From NCBI GenBank assembly GCA_030141605.1, contig JAQGDQ010000088.1:1-64000 (forward strand): a stretch of DNA of 64,000 nucleotides. The letters are read 5' to 3'. The position numbers were made by a program, and so were the translations under genes. The notes below the pieces were generated by a model that was not told where the DNA came from, ran no database searches, and worked only from the letters and a program-made list of their open reading frames with translations. Positions 1 through 40,557 of this stretch are shown one piece after another (within the stretch, counting starts at the first letter, position 1; each line of letters opens with the position of its first letter). This stretch comes from Tubiluchus corallicola (Eukaryota > Animalia > Priapulida).

Positions 1-3000
1 AAAATAATTAGCTCCTCGACACGAAAAAGCAATTCCTAAAACCTTTTAAACTCGAAGATATGAAAAAGAATTTATCACCTAAGACTGACCAGCAGCTTGC
101 CAGCTGGCTATTTACTCAATGCTGTTAAATTATAAAATTGTTTGTAATGTCATTTAAGATACATAGTATAGTAACATCTCTGTAAATACAGTAGGGTTTG
201 TGTCACGGTCAAGCTTGATATCTTAATCTTCTTTCAACACAAACTATTATCTATAACCTTGTTCTAGTAACAACACAACAAGATGCTTCACCGTTGAGCA
301 CGTTAGCGCAAAGTGCCATTTAACTAGTAATTGGTATTCGCAACAAAGAGTATGGAATGAGAACAACTTCTCTGAAATGACTTTCTACATGTTTTGGTTT
401 TAGGTCTCTGCGTTTTGCAAAGACATTGAAATTTCGGTTAACTTGGTGTATTGTATTTTCTGCGAGCCTGACCCACATTGAAATTATTAGCGAATTATTT
501 TTCATCATTTTGAAAATTTGAAGTTTTGGCTATTATAATTAATTTATAATCTCAAAAAACCATAGTTAGTCTGCTTTGGGTGTTGTGTTATGTCTGTGAA
601 GTGATTCGCACTAGTCAAGCTCATAGTCTTGCATCTTCTAGTAGACATTTCTTTATCAACACTCAACATGCCAAGGTATCTTTATTCGAGTGAAGAGATT
701 TTTTACTGTTTTAGATTTATATCGTTAATATAAAGTTTCTATAATTAACACTCATTAAGAATTTTTAATGCTAACAAGATGTCCATTGCAGGTATAGGTA
801 GCATTTTTTAGTTTTAAGAGTCATTTAAATATTTAGACAACTCAGTTTGGCCTTAAAGGCCTTATAGTGACAAAGCACGTAAAAAGATAACAGTATGTTA
901 GGTATTGAACCACATTTATATTGAGACAGACTGTCAAAACGGAGAAGGCGGTTAAGCAGAGGAATTAGAACAGTACGCCTACAATTCGTGAAAAGTTTGC
1001 ATTTTGCTTTGATAGCCCCAGAAGCTTATGCGTGAATTTATGATGGGCTTCATCTTTGAAAACTATGCGAGTAATTTTAATGTAATAGATGTTGAGTTTT
1101 ATTAATGAAATCAGCCTCATGGCACTTAAGCTATTACGTACTTTCATTACGAATGCCATTTCTGTGAGGGTAAAGAGTTAGGAATATTCCTAACTGAAGT
1201 CTGTCAACGTCTGTGCACTTTTGAGTGAGTTGAGATGCTGTTACTTGGTGAGTACTGGGCCAAATGCGGAACAAATGATGAACAAATACCCCATTCCAGT
1301 ATGACCACTATGCCCCAGCTATTGTGACGCTTTTAGTCACATGCTCTCTATCAAAACTGTTTAAGGAAGATTTACAGTCAGTGTCTGTCACGTATTATAG
1401 GATCTACTGGCTGTCATGTCTAAGATTTATTTGAGAGTTTACAAACGTGCGTGCACTCCCCCGCTCACGGCACATGCGTCGTGATAATCGTGACTTTAAT
1501 CCTATTTCGTGAACCACCTTAAATTGCGTCTGCTAAAAAAACAAGTTTTAAGTTATCGCGCATTGTTAAAAGGTGACACTTAACGCACTATGTGCATAAA
1601 GGCTACTAGTTTGAAGTTCAAAAGGCAGCACTAATCATTTCCACAATGTCTCGCTTGTTACTTGTTAATTGATGGCGACACAAGGTTTTGCGTATTGAGC
1701 TCACTGTTTAGCGCACCCATGTGTCTGTTGAGCCTGATCGTTTTTCCTACATCACCTATATTATGTTTACTAAAGTTATTGATCAATCAATATACCTTTG
1801 AATTGACAAGATTTTTCAGCGAGTCTGTATCAACAGTTTTTTTTTGTTGAGTCCTTTGCTCTACTTTCAGCGGCTTCAAATCTGGCTATTATTATTAAAA
1901 TGTACTTTGTGAACTGTGATGTAAAACGAATCACAACCGAACGAGTTAACAGACTATAATTACTTCTCCTGCCAGTTCTATCCAGAAATGTGCAGTGTCT
2001 TAGACGTAACAGTGTTGCAGAAACATGTTGATATGCTTATATTGAAATGCTTATATTTGATAGAAAAATTGGAATAAATGCAAATATAATTCTATTTTTA
2101 TGTCTTTGTGAAACAAAAGTCCATGGTAATATTTCTTTGTGATTTAATAAGCATATATGGTACTGCTCTGCTTCTTGCTGGTGTACCTCGTATTCTGTTG
2201 AACAGCATTGAGCAGAGTGAGTGCGAGCGCACGACGTTGATGGTTGTGCCGAACAGCAACAAAAAGGGTTGCCCTAGTAAAATAAGGCTCACGCCATGTA
2301 TATTTTTGCTGAACTTGAATTCAGTCAGTTGGTTGGTTCGTTGGGTGGATGGATTGATGGACAGACAGACGTATGGACATGCAGACAGACAAATAGATAT
2401 ATAAGTCGTTTTACGCATTCCATACAATGTCTAGGCAATGTATAAAATGTCTAAGAAAAGTTCCATTCAACATAAAATATGTTCATTTTATACATTGTCA
2501 ATATCACTTCACACATTTTGTAAAAATTCTATCAGTTATACAAAACGTCTAGGCAAAGTGTGAAGGTGTCAAAGCAAAAAAGTTGTCACATTTTTTCTAG
2601 AAATACATAGGTGCTATATGAAATGTCTGCGCAAAAGTTTATTTTTTCACTATGGCATTCACTGGGCAGTCACCGGCCCACAGTTTGAAAAGGCTTGCTC
2701 TTGTCATTTGGCTGAATCAACTATTCAGTTAGCATTGATATTTTATTTTAAAGAGTATAAGGGAAGGAATAGCAAAATAATTAGAAGCCTAAGTGTACTG
2801 CTCTGCTTCTCACAACCGTGAACAGCTCGACATGCGATCTTTTTTTACAACCTTGATAATAAAACTTGACGTAGGCCTACACATATATATATGTCTCTGT
2901 TCAACATCACTATCACGCATAAAGTGTATGAAAATTTTGGGACAGCTTCTTTTCATTACTGTTTTACACGTTCCTTTTAAAAAAATGTTTTAATTGTTTA

Positions 3001-3229
3001 TTATGATACTGTGTCGATGAACTACGGTCGATCATTTTGGCAAGTAAAGCAGTTGGTCACACAGGTCTATAGCGGAAACTGGAATATTGTTCTTTAATAC
3101 AGTTAATATCAGTGGCCAATTTAAACGGTTTCTCAAAATCTGTAGCAGTCAGCACTGGTTTGTTTGTTAGGATAGATTTATGAAAAGCCAGACACTGCTG
3201 TGGCCAAACTCTTCAAGAAATTGATAAGG

Positions 3230-4000
3230 GGCCAGTTTCGAAAAATTTCTAATAAAAACCTGATATTCGCGAAATCTGAGCAATTCTCTTTTGTTTTCTA
3301 GCACTGGGAAACTACATATTATCTAAACTTTTGCTCCTCGAGGCCTTGAGTAATGTACCCTGACCTATTACATGGCCCAAATAAGTAACTGCAGCCCCGG
3401 GAAATTCCCATTTATGCAAGTTTATTACTAAGTGAGTATTAGAGAGTCCCTTCAAACAGTTCCTTCAGATGACAAAGGTGACTCTCGCATGTTGTTACTA
3501 GACAACAAAATATCCTCAATGTAGACTGCACAATTATTGAATCAAAGGCATCACAATGGTTTGATACAGTCCATCTTGAGTAACAAACTCAGCTATTACT
3601 CGAGTTCTGTCGGTTAACAGTACTTGTCAATGGCTCTTTAATAAGTCTTTTTTAATGTACATCGTTTTCACAACCTGTCAATGCAATCCTCACTCTTCAG
3701 AGCGAGTGTTCGAAACGTATCTGCTCTGGAAACTGCGCTTACATTCTTGTAGTCAACACAGAACCGATATGAGCCATCTTCTTTAGGAATTGATCAGACA
3801 GTGGAGCTCCAGCTACTGATACTAGGTTCGATGATGCCGTTCTTTAGCTGTCAACATCAGCATGTGTTTTACTTGCTTTCCTGCATTTGTCAGCTTTTCA
3901 GAATTCAGTAAATAAGGTTGTTGCTTAATAGGCTTGACATACCCAACACATATGTTGCTCGTATACAGAGGAATGCTGCCTGCTTCATTTTTGTACAGAG
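3230..4000 (-). mobile_element. Degraded Ty3/Gypsy reverse transcriptase fragment
   Basis: Minus-strand translations KPIKQQPYLLNS, IIEPSISSWSS, DGSYRFCVDYKNVSAV, VINLHKWEF..AVTYLGHVIGQG, with stops and frameshifts. Ends approximate. Confidence 0.8.
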
Positions 4001-4339
4001 ATAGAAAACCCCCGATAAAGTCTGTCAGCTTCCAGTTTTTTGCGACGAGAAACTGACCAAAAACCTAATATAATTCAGCTTAGGTGCGGTGGTACCGGAC
4101 ATTTTTCTCGTGATAATAATTGTCCCGTAAGAGGGGTAACATGCACGAAATGCCATTAAATTTTAGTTTGAACAACATGCTAAAGTTTGTAAATCTAAAG
4201 AGGATCATAAAGGTGACAAGTCATGACAATTAAATGCTTGGGAATAAAGGTAATAAAATTTATTACATAGCCGAAAAAGACAATGAAGGTAGTTATCAGT
4301 TCGCGTTTGCAGTGAATAATAGTTCTAATTCACAAAGTG

Positions 4340-5138
4340 GAAAATGATTAAACATAGGAGTATCAATGATTCGGGTGCGTTGTGTAATGTAATTGATAGG
4401 CGACTTTTTAATAGATTTCAAAAACCGGTTGAATCAAATGAATTTCTTCCAAACTATGCATCACGCCTAAGAGTGAGAGACATCCTATACCGACTATGGA
4501 TGAGGTCATTCAAAATTTTAGTCAGAGTAAGGTGCTCAGCAAACTTGATATTAAATGAGCCTACCACCAGATTGAACTAGTATGATGAGAATCAAGACAT
4601 ATTAGTAAGTTCTTGACCCTTAAAGGACTTTACTAGTACAAATGATTAATGTTTGCAATAAGCTGTACCAGAAATGTGCCAGAATTCCTTATATGTAACA
4701 TGTTTTACAAGGCTGTGAGGGTGTATTAATAATATCCAGGATGTACGTAGATAATTACTGATACACTGTTTGTGCATGTACCTTCTAAAAACAGACGATA
4801 AATTAAAATTACAAAGGGAATAAACAAACGATCAGTAAAAAACATTGAAACATCGATACACGATGGCAGAACGAATAGCTTCACTACTTCACAGTATCCA
4901 GAAACTTTGTGCACACTGGGACGCTCCGTAATTCATCCGTAGAGTCCTCGGCTCGAGCGTGTGTGCCGGGGCCCTTCTTGGTAGGGGTGAGCATTCTCAA
5001 GAATGAGTTTGAAGAAATCTGTCAAGTAGGGTTAAAACCGGCCTTGAATAAGAGACAGAGTTATAGGGAGAATAAGGAAAAGGGGAAATTCCATGCTGAT
5101 GTGAGACGACATGCAAATGAAAATTTCTTACAAGAAGA

Positions 5139-5219
<81 letters not shown>

Positions 5220-6283
5220 AACTAAGTACAACATTTAAACCTGTACCATTCACTGTTGTGCATAAAAGGTGGAACAGAGTTTGTATAGAGAATAATGGTG
5301 TGCAATATAAGAGGAATGTTGCTGATGTGAAGAAATTTAATGAAGATGTAAGTGACATCGTTGAACAATTTAATGTTAATACAACTGAAAAGGGTGGGGA
5401 TACTTTGGTGGATAGTGTCCACTGGATTAAAAACCGGTAACAGTTTCTAAGCCACCCATAATAAGATCATTAAGTATTAAGAAACAATCAACTAAATTTA
5501 AGGCCTTTGCATTGTATTAACACCATATTGTGCATTTGCGGTTGGTGGTATACAAACTTATATAATTTAATTTTGATATTAGTTGGGTTAAAAATTCAAA
5601 GAGTTCATTACATGCGTTTGCGAAGTATTAAGTGACTATTGTATCTACAGTGCCATGTAAAATTTTCGAGTTATTACCAATAATGTTTTGGAATCTAGAA
5701 GTTCATATTTGTGCACACTGTTAGATGTGACACAGTGTTTGATTTGATTGTTAATGCAGATGATTCATGATCATGTTTTAGCTGAAGTTGGTTCCTTCCT
5801 ACATAATAGTAGTTAGTACACACAGTAGGTTTGGAATGATGTTGTTTCATTCAATGTCTGTATAATATGTATTCATGTAGTATGAATGCTATATGTATAC
5901 ATATTATACTACATGTAGTATGAAATGTAGACTAAAAGGTTAATTTTCTGAGAAAAGGGGGAGTGGTGTCGTAGATATTGCCAGGCGATACCATAATGAG
6001 TTGGGAAAGGTTAACACCTTAAAGATTGGCAATGGCAATGACAATGTTTTGAATGACTGACGATTGACGGTGAGGACGGCCTGCAAACCACCAAAATCTC
6101 TGCTTCTTATACTGTTATGTAGCTTCCATATGAAACGAATATTTGTTTTTCGGAACAGAGTTTGAAAGGTAGATGGTAGTACATTTATCGTAACAAAAGA
6201 GTTCACTTTCTTAAAACGATATACAGTACATGTACAACACATAACCTGATGCTTATTCAACTCCGTTTACGGTAACGTCGACA
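4340..6283 (+). mobile_element. Degraded Gypsy element remnant with PPT and probable 3' LTR (5967-6283)
   Basis: RT fragment RHPIPTMDEVIQNFSQSKVLSKLDIK*AYHQIEL (about 4475-4580). Integrase tail KGKFHADVRRHA..NKLSTTF..YKRNVADVKKF (5070-5340), interrupted by (GA)n. Purine tract agaaaagggggagtgg at 5951-5966, followed by a segment with inverted termini TGTCG...CGACA. Confidence 0.65.
5141..5216. repeat. (GA)n microsatellite
   Basis: Directly visible, with one GT interruption. Confidence 0.97.
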
Positions 6284-6419
6284 CATTCAGCTGTATCCGA
6301 AGTACATGATGCAGCGACCTTTGGAACCAATTATTCATTCATACTGGAGTGAAAGACTGCTTTAAGCTTTTCATCATGATAATATTTAAAATTTGTTTCC
6401 TAGTTTATTTAAACTCAGG

Positions 6420-8530
6420 AAATACAGCAGACTTCAAGAAGGAATATGCTGACCTTTTCGAGTAACTCATTTGTGTGAAAGACTACACATGCAAGATCCA
6501 GCAGCATGACCACACCCAGACACAGTGTTCCACATAGAGTATCAGAGCCTTTAAAATCACTTTTTAAGGCAGAACTGAACTGCATGGTCAAGCAAGGAGT
6601 TATTTCTCCTGTAACTCAACCTCCAGATTGGTGTAGTGGAGTCGTTGTCACACAACGGAAAAAGAGTAAAAAGATTAGGATCTGCATAGATCTCACCAAA
6701 CTCAAAGAAACCATTAAGCGGGAATACCATGCTTTTGTTAAGATAGAAGAAAGTTTTGCTTAGTTAGCAAAGGGGAAGATATTCAGCCTGTTTGACGTAA
6801 ACTGCTTTTGGAAATTTTCATAAGATGAGGAGTCAAGATTACTTACCACATTTATCACACCATGTGGCGTTATTGTTTTAATTGCATCCCATTCGGCATA
6901 TCCTCAGCGTTGGAAGTCTATCAAAGGTACATGTCACAACTGCTGAGTGAAATACCTGGTGTAATTGTGTACATCGATAACATACTCATTTTTGGCAAAG
7001 ACCAGCAGTAATATGATGACAGAGTCTACCAAGTTCTTAATCATGTTTGTAATGCAGGACTGACCCAGATAAAACACAGTTTAGCTAAACAGGAATCAAG
7101 GTTGTTGGATACCCGATTAATGGAAATGGTGTGTTTCCTGATCCGGAGGAGATCCAGGCTATCAGAGATTTGCACTTGAAGAGAAGCACTTCAGTATAGT
7201 TGATAACCTTCTCATGTATGACACTCATTAGTCATAGCCAGATCCATGAGACTGGAAATTCTAGACAGGATGCGAAGGACACTTAGGCATTAGCAAATGC
7301 TGTGGCCTAGCATGTTCTTCAGTATATTGGCCAGGAATATTTGCCCAAATCAAAGACATGATAAAGAAGTGCCATACATCAACCATTGCAGGAGGAACCA
7401 TTAATGCCTGGAAAGTTCCCTGAAACCCCTTTCCAAAATGTCAGATGTGACCTTTCCAATTTGAAGAAAAATAGTACGTTCTTATTTGTTGACTACTATT
7501 CTCGGTACATTGAAGTTCGGAAAATTGAGTCACTCGAAGCTAAAGAGACCATCACTCATTCTAGTCAATCTTTGCAACTCACGGCATATCCAAGATCATC
7601 GTCTGTGACAATGGATCGCAAGTTCACCTGCTATGAATTTCAACAGTTCTCAAAAACATATGGATCGACATCAGTAACTAGTTCACCGAAATATCCACAA
7701 AGTAACAGTGAAGCAGAAAGAGCCGTATGCAAGATAAAGGCAATCCTTAGCAAGTCAAAGTGAGAAGATCCATACTTCGCCTTGTTGGACTATCGAACTG
7801 GTCCTTTGCTGAAATGGACTTTCACCATCGAACTCCTGATGGGATGTCAGTTAAAAACAACAATCCCAAGACTTCTTTTTTCATTCTGAACATATCAGTA
7901 GATGGCAAGTTCGGTTCAAGGTAGAAATCATGCTGAATAACAAATCATGCGAAAGCACGTCACTTTGTAAAAACAGAGCAGTAGTTGTAGCCTTGCCCAC
8001 TTCTAATCATTCTCCTAAAGCTCCTCCTCCTCCTAATTCTCCTAAAGGCTCAGCATGTACACGTAAGTCTAGCAATGTATTGTACCAACCTATCACCAAC
8101 TCATCACTGGCCAACACTACCACTAAGTTACAGTACAAGAACCCATTGTCTGGTCATGTAACAAAACCATGTGAACGATTTTGGATTTTTTATGTGCATT
8201 TGCTACAAAGATTTTAGTGCATTATTTCTTAGTATTTACTTAAGTTACTATTACTCTATTGTTTTCATAGTTTCTTACGGTTCATAATTACATTGTTACT
8301 GTAGTTAATTGTTACTCTGCCCATAGTGTCTTTCTCCACCTCGTCTTTCTCGTTAACTACTACTTTGTCACTAACACTTTGCTGTATATTGTTTTTGTGT
8401 GAGACAAAACAAAAGTTCAATTCAATTCAATATTGTAAAGAGGAGATGTAGTGACATGTACTCAGCATGCGTGGTTGTGTGCAGACCACGTAACTGCTAT
8501 TATAATTAGTTATTGTTCAGAACTCAACAC
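6420..8530 (+). mobile_element. Degraded Gypsy (K02A2.6/Mag-like) pol remnant with PPT and start of a 3' LTR at 8447
   Basis: RT: GVISPVTQPPDWCSGVVV..IRICIDLTKL, VIVYIDNIL. Integrase: FVDYYSRYIEV..TSSPKYPQSNSEAERAV. PPT aaagaggaga immediately before TGTAG at 8447. Many stops; LTR end not determined. Confidence 0.85.
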
Positions 8531-9267
8531 CACTGGACTGCCAATCATTACGCTACACCCTATAAAGCTTTTGCTTACTATAACACCCATGATAATTTTT
8601 GCTGTCACCGTTCCTGCCAACGCGTTTTCCTGTAATTTCTGTTTATTTTGTTTTGGATACTGTTGTTTTTTTTTGGTGAGATAAAACAATCAGCCTAAAG
8701 TCCCAAGGACTAACACTGTGGCTGCGGAGATGGTAAATGGTCAATGGAAGTAAATTGATCAATATGATTGCTTGTTTGCCCTAATGTGATTAATTTAAGA
8801 ACAGGGTCTCCAGTCATCATCATTTTGATTCCAGGCATGTTTTCATTAACTCATGAGGGACTATGATAAAATTATAATGTTAAAGTCTTACTAAAGAATT
8901 TACTTTTATAATCCTTAGGGTGTGCTGACAACCCTGTCAGCACCAGGTAGCCAGATTGAGACATACGTATTGCTGATTCTTATGGTGCTATGCCACAACT
9001 ATGCAAAACATTCCTAGGTGTTGTCTTGTGGCAGTGTTCATATATGACATAGTTCACGATAGTTGAACATACTCAAAAGCGAAGATTTTACATGTATGTG
9101 CTTAAGTAAGATGCTATTCAAGCATCTTGAATAGCACCTTAAAAATAAAAAAATTCAAACACTTTTGGAAAGCTTGATTGAGTGAACAAATCAGTAATTG
9201 AATGAGTGATTATTTGTTGAGCAGTCTGTCATTATTTACAAATTTTTTTTGTATTTTTTACATGAAG

Positions 9268-35767
<26,500 letters not shown>

Positions 35768-38024
35768 CACCTTCTAGCTGTTGTTATCCCATGCTTGTTG
35801 CTTTTATGTATATTTTGTTAGGCTTGATCAGTTTTATTTTTTTACAAATGTCTTCTTTTTTTACCTTTTTTGCTTGCCAGCTTCTTATATATCATAGTGA
35901 TCTATCATTCTTTAACAAATCAACAAGATTATTGTGACGCGTTTACAGATTTTGTAATTGCTTTGTTTAAGTATATTTATTAAGTTTATGATAGTTTGTA
36001 TATAGTGCTAAAAATGTGTTTGTAAATATTTTATTATTTAGTTGGATACAATGCTTTTTACAATGCTACAGTTTTCTAAATGCTGTTTTTCAAATCAGTT
36101 TTAATTGTTATATAATCATAAGTGCCTCTTAGCTGTTTTCAACTTAAAACGTGCGTCTGTAAGCCGATTTAGAGGAAATGTTTTAATTATGTTTAGTCCA
36201 GTCAAATTGTGGCCATCATATGAACAAATTGCAGCAAAAATATTATCTCTTGTGCCTAGTACAGAAAAACATGTTGATTAACAGACTAAATATCTACCAC
36301 ACACAAGCTGGTGGAAAACTCTAAAAACTGCAAAAATTATTGGCCATTGCCACCAAAATAGCAATTTTGCTATAACTCAGCAAAAACGTGTCTAACAAAA
36401 GCTGAACTGCATGTACACCTATATTTTTATGGTCAAAGAAAACAATGGTGATATTTTTAAGATTATCAAAACATCTTAGAACTCTGAAAATGAAAATAAA
36501 AATACATCCGCAATTACCAGAAAAGTGGTTTTGCACAGTAACGATTAATAAAGTGACTAAATGTGGCTAAAGTTGTATCCTTATACATGTTTTTAAGGTC
36601 AGAGAATGTGATGAGCATGTTTTTGTGTAGGTAATATTTTCATAATGGTCAGTACCACCATTTCATATCATGAAATCCACGGTTTGTATATAAAGACCTG
36701 ACATTCATTGGCAAAGTATTTACTTTGTCTCATTCAAATTTTTGAATATTCCATGTACATGTTGTGCAAAAATTATTCAGCTATTGGCCTAGTACCCATA
36801 TTAATTAATAAGTGGACTGTGACTTATCTGTATTGAGCGGTGTTTAAACTGATTTGGTCCTATGCCATCTGTGTGTGTCTCTTCAAATGCAATTAATATG
36901 TGACGGGTCAGTATTAATGCTGATGTTGGCCCAAAGCAGCTACCAATCCAATACAGTTTAAAAGCTGTGCTATATTTTCTTTTTCCTCTAAAATTTATTT
37001 TGTATACCTTAGTGTTATTTCGTGTATTTTTAAACTTTTTGCAGTTAAAATTTGTTAACTAGCATATAGATGATATTAGTTGCTATGGCATTTTTTATTA
37101 TGGTGACGCAAATATGCTCATCACATTGTGAGTCACATTATTACTTAGTTGGAGCACGAAAACCATTTATTGCTAATGGTGGATATATTTTTCATTTTTA
37201 GGATTCTAAGATGTTCATACAAGAAATATCACTGTTGTTTTCTTTGACTTAAAACGCAGGAATATAGCCACAGTTTAGCTTTGTTTAGACACGGTTCTGC
37301 TGATCCATAGTAAATTTTTTTTGCAGTTTTGAGAGTCTACCACCAATTTGTGTGCCCTAGATTTTTAGTATATTAATCAGCATTGTTTTCTGTACTAAGT
37401 ATAGGTAAAAACAAGTTAGTTCATTTATTCAAAAACAAGTGATGACCTAAAATTGAGCTAGACTGAATTTACTGGACTACTAGACCCAAGAAGTTTTATA
37501 TTTTATTGTTTTGATAAATTTTAACTATGTTTAAGATATGGATCGCTTTTAGCTTTGATTGTTTTTTAGCTGAAACAGAACTTACCAAAGATATTTGTAG
37601 CATGTAAACATATTTTTTCTCTTCAAACACTGTGCATTCTTCATGTTGTAGAAATTAAACTTAAGCATCTGGTTATCTTCTACTTTGCTGTATCTGGTGC
37701 TGATGTTAATGTAATACACATATGCATTGTTGTCATATTGATTTTCTTTTTGAAGCTATTAGTATTATAACAGCGAAAAAATTAAGTGAAAATATCACCT
37801 TGTGACTTTGTCTGCAGCGAGTTGAAATAAAAGATTTTTTTTCTACTTCTGATCAAAGTTTACTAAAATAATTGTTATAGAGCTGCTGGTTATGATTTTT
37901 GGCAAGGCCATGAAGATATGTAACCTTTTTAGTGTTTTTGTTCCAAGATGTGTGCATTTTATTAGGTTGTCTATATTCAGTATATTGACATTGATAGCTA
38001 TTATTTCAAGTTACATTGTGGAAC

Positions 38025-38025
<1 letters not shown>

Positions 38026-38059
<34 letters not shown>

Positions 38060-38137
38060 ATATATGTATACATATATACACACACATGCATGCATGCACG
38101 CACGCGCACACACAAACACACACGCACACACACATAT
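38026..38137. repeat. Compound (TA)/(TG)/(CA) microsatellite
   Basis: Directly visible. Confidence 0.9.
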
Positions 38138-39761
38138 AGTGTGATAAATTAATAAAAAAGTATTACATATGTATATAATAATACTTTTGTCACATTAGTA
38201 ATTGGCATTGATAACTATTATTCGACGAATCTGTTTGTTTATTTATCGTGTGACAAAATTTTTTTTACAGACTTATTCAACAAGTAATTAATGCATTTCA
38301 TAAATTTTATATTTATTATTAAACACGTGAAAACATGTTCTCATCAGTTTTTTGGAAACCGAAGAGCTGAACTATAAAATCGTATAACGGAGGACATGTC
38401 ATTTTGGCGTGGCCGTTTGGGCGCTAGAATCGACGCACGCTACGCTTGAATGAGGAAATAATTTCTATGTCGCGTTACGAAACGCTATGCCTACAGGCTA
38501 TAGTTTGCCTATTGTGAAATTTCTTTGTTTATATGGAAATGCTGGTTGGTTTCTTCTGTTTGTTAATGATGTACAACTAAATCTCCTGTTCATGTTACTG
38601 ACATGCTTTGTCCATTTTAAAAACTACATGGGGTAATACTGAAGGTGAAGAAAGGGCAGAAAGGCAATTAACTGGTTCTTAATTGTGTTATTAAAAATTA
38701 TGACAGTTAGGAAAATTGTGAGACATTAAAAAAATATTAAACAAAAAAAAATTAGGCACAATATCAAATTTTGTTGGTGCCCAAATGCCTCGTGCCTAAA
38801 TGGCCGTGTCCAAGTATCACGTAACCTGTATTGTTTACTTCCATAATGTAGCTGTTGCCAGGCTGGCCCGGATAAGCTACTAACTATAATGTAAACGTAC
38901 TTTAAATGTGCAATTGAATTTCACATGCATAGTTAACATGTTCCAGGTGTAGCTACTATTGCTAACATATTTACCGTACTCTTCAAAACTACTACTCCTA
39001 CGCATCTCGACGAAGGAACATTTTATCTCTCGGTACATATTTTATGTTATTATTATTACTTTTTTGGTATCGTCCAAAATAATTCAAAGAACGAATATTC
39101 CTAATGCATCTCCTGTTAATATAAGGCATTCGAAAACATGTGAATAACACGGTGATACTGGTACATAACTTTTTCCTGGGGACCAAATCGATTAGTGGGA
39201 AAAACTATTACAAAGAATTTATTGCATCAAATTCTTATTGAAACAACCGATAGCGTCATGAATATGTAATGTCGAAGCCTCGCCAGTCATCTGTAATCTT
39301 GAGAAGTATGATCGAAGCACTGGGATTGTTTTTTATTGAACTAACTTCTAAGTGATCTGGAAAGTCACCAAAATTCAAATTGAATACATTACAGCTATCC
39401 TGAAAGAAAGAGTGGAAGCGAAAACGAAAAGCCATCCGTATTCAAAAAGAACTGTTTGTAAGACATCACCAAGATTTGTTGGAGGATCTTTAATTCAAAA
39501 TATATTGATCTGTTCGAGTTCGATAGTTTTATACATTAAAACGTTCAGTGTGGAAAAAAGAAGAAAAATACGCAATACAAACAAAAGTAAACGAATTATA
39601 TGGAACAAAACTGAATTATTACAGGAATCAAGAATTGAGTAACAGTTTAGACTACTATAGGTTGAGACGTTGTGTTATAATAGATGAAGCCACATCAATA
39701 ATTAGCTTAAATGTGAAGACTTTGGCGCGAAAAAGTTTTTCTCTTGCAAAAATGTCACTAA

Positions 39762-40557
39762 GGCCCCGCGCAGACATGCAATTTTCAGTCGCGAAATTAA
39801 AAATTGCAAAGTCTGTAAAAAACTAAAGTCTATGACAGCGGTCCGATACATGCAACTAAAAATTGTGCAATTAAAAACTGCAATCTGGCTCAATTAAACT
39901 TGGTTGCGCAAGTGTTTTGAAATGTATTGTTTTCAATGAGAGCGTGCAAACATGCAATTATTAGACGTGCAAAGTGTTATCTAAACGCATCTAAACGCTT
40001 TATTTAATGTCTCATGAAAAGGGTCATTAAACATACCAAAGAAAGGGAAAGCAAATGAACAGAATAAATCGTTGTAATCTCTGCTACTACCTTTCAAGAA
40101 ATTCAGTGAATGCCTGCAATACAAAAACGCAAAATTCTCAAAAATTATTTTGTAATAACTACATAAATTATGTAGAATAACTCGGAGTATAACATGAATA
40201 CAGTATTATGTAAGCAGTAGAGATAATAGTTTGATCAAACGTTGTGGGCAAACATTCATCAAAACATTACTCGGTGCAGTAGGTTGAGCCCGTAAGGCGT
40301 AAGTTATTATAAAGATTGTAAAATAGCGCTTTCAGTAATGGCTGACTAATTATTGGTTTTTCCCACTATTTCGAGCGTCTCTCTGTCTTTTTGTGAATGC
40401 ACAAATGCAAGCAACGTCTTCAAGTTAGATGCTGGTAATTGCACAATTTAAAATTGCAAATCTGCGCATCTGATTTTGGCACACCTGTAAAATTGCTGCA
40501 ATTCTCAGTTGTGCAACTTTTAATTGTGCAGTTGAAAATTGCATGTCTCAGCGGGCT
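39762..40557. mobile_element. PIF/Harbinger-type MITE
   Basis: About 45-bp imperfect TIRs (GGCCCCGCGCAGACATGCAATTTTCAGTCGCGAAATTAAAAATTGCA versus the reverse complement of ...TTTTAATTGTGCAGTTGAAAATTGCATGTCTCAGCGGGCT), flanked by a TAA/TAA 3-bp TSD. Confidence 0.75.

Noticed and set aside
1-3200. Possible head-to-head DUOXA maturation-factor gene upstream of DUOX
   Set aside because: No recognisable DUOXA-like peptide in the minus-strand ORFs; the short ORFs here look like noise.
4909-5440. ER-repeat ORFs
   Set aside because: A (GA)n microsatellite within a decayed Gypsy integrase tail.
38390-38830. Possible MITE with GGCC/TTTGGGC subterminal motifs
   Set aside because: The inverted match is too degenerate and no TSD is identifiable.
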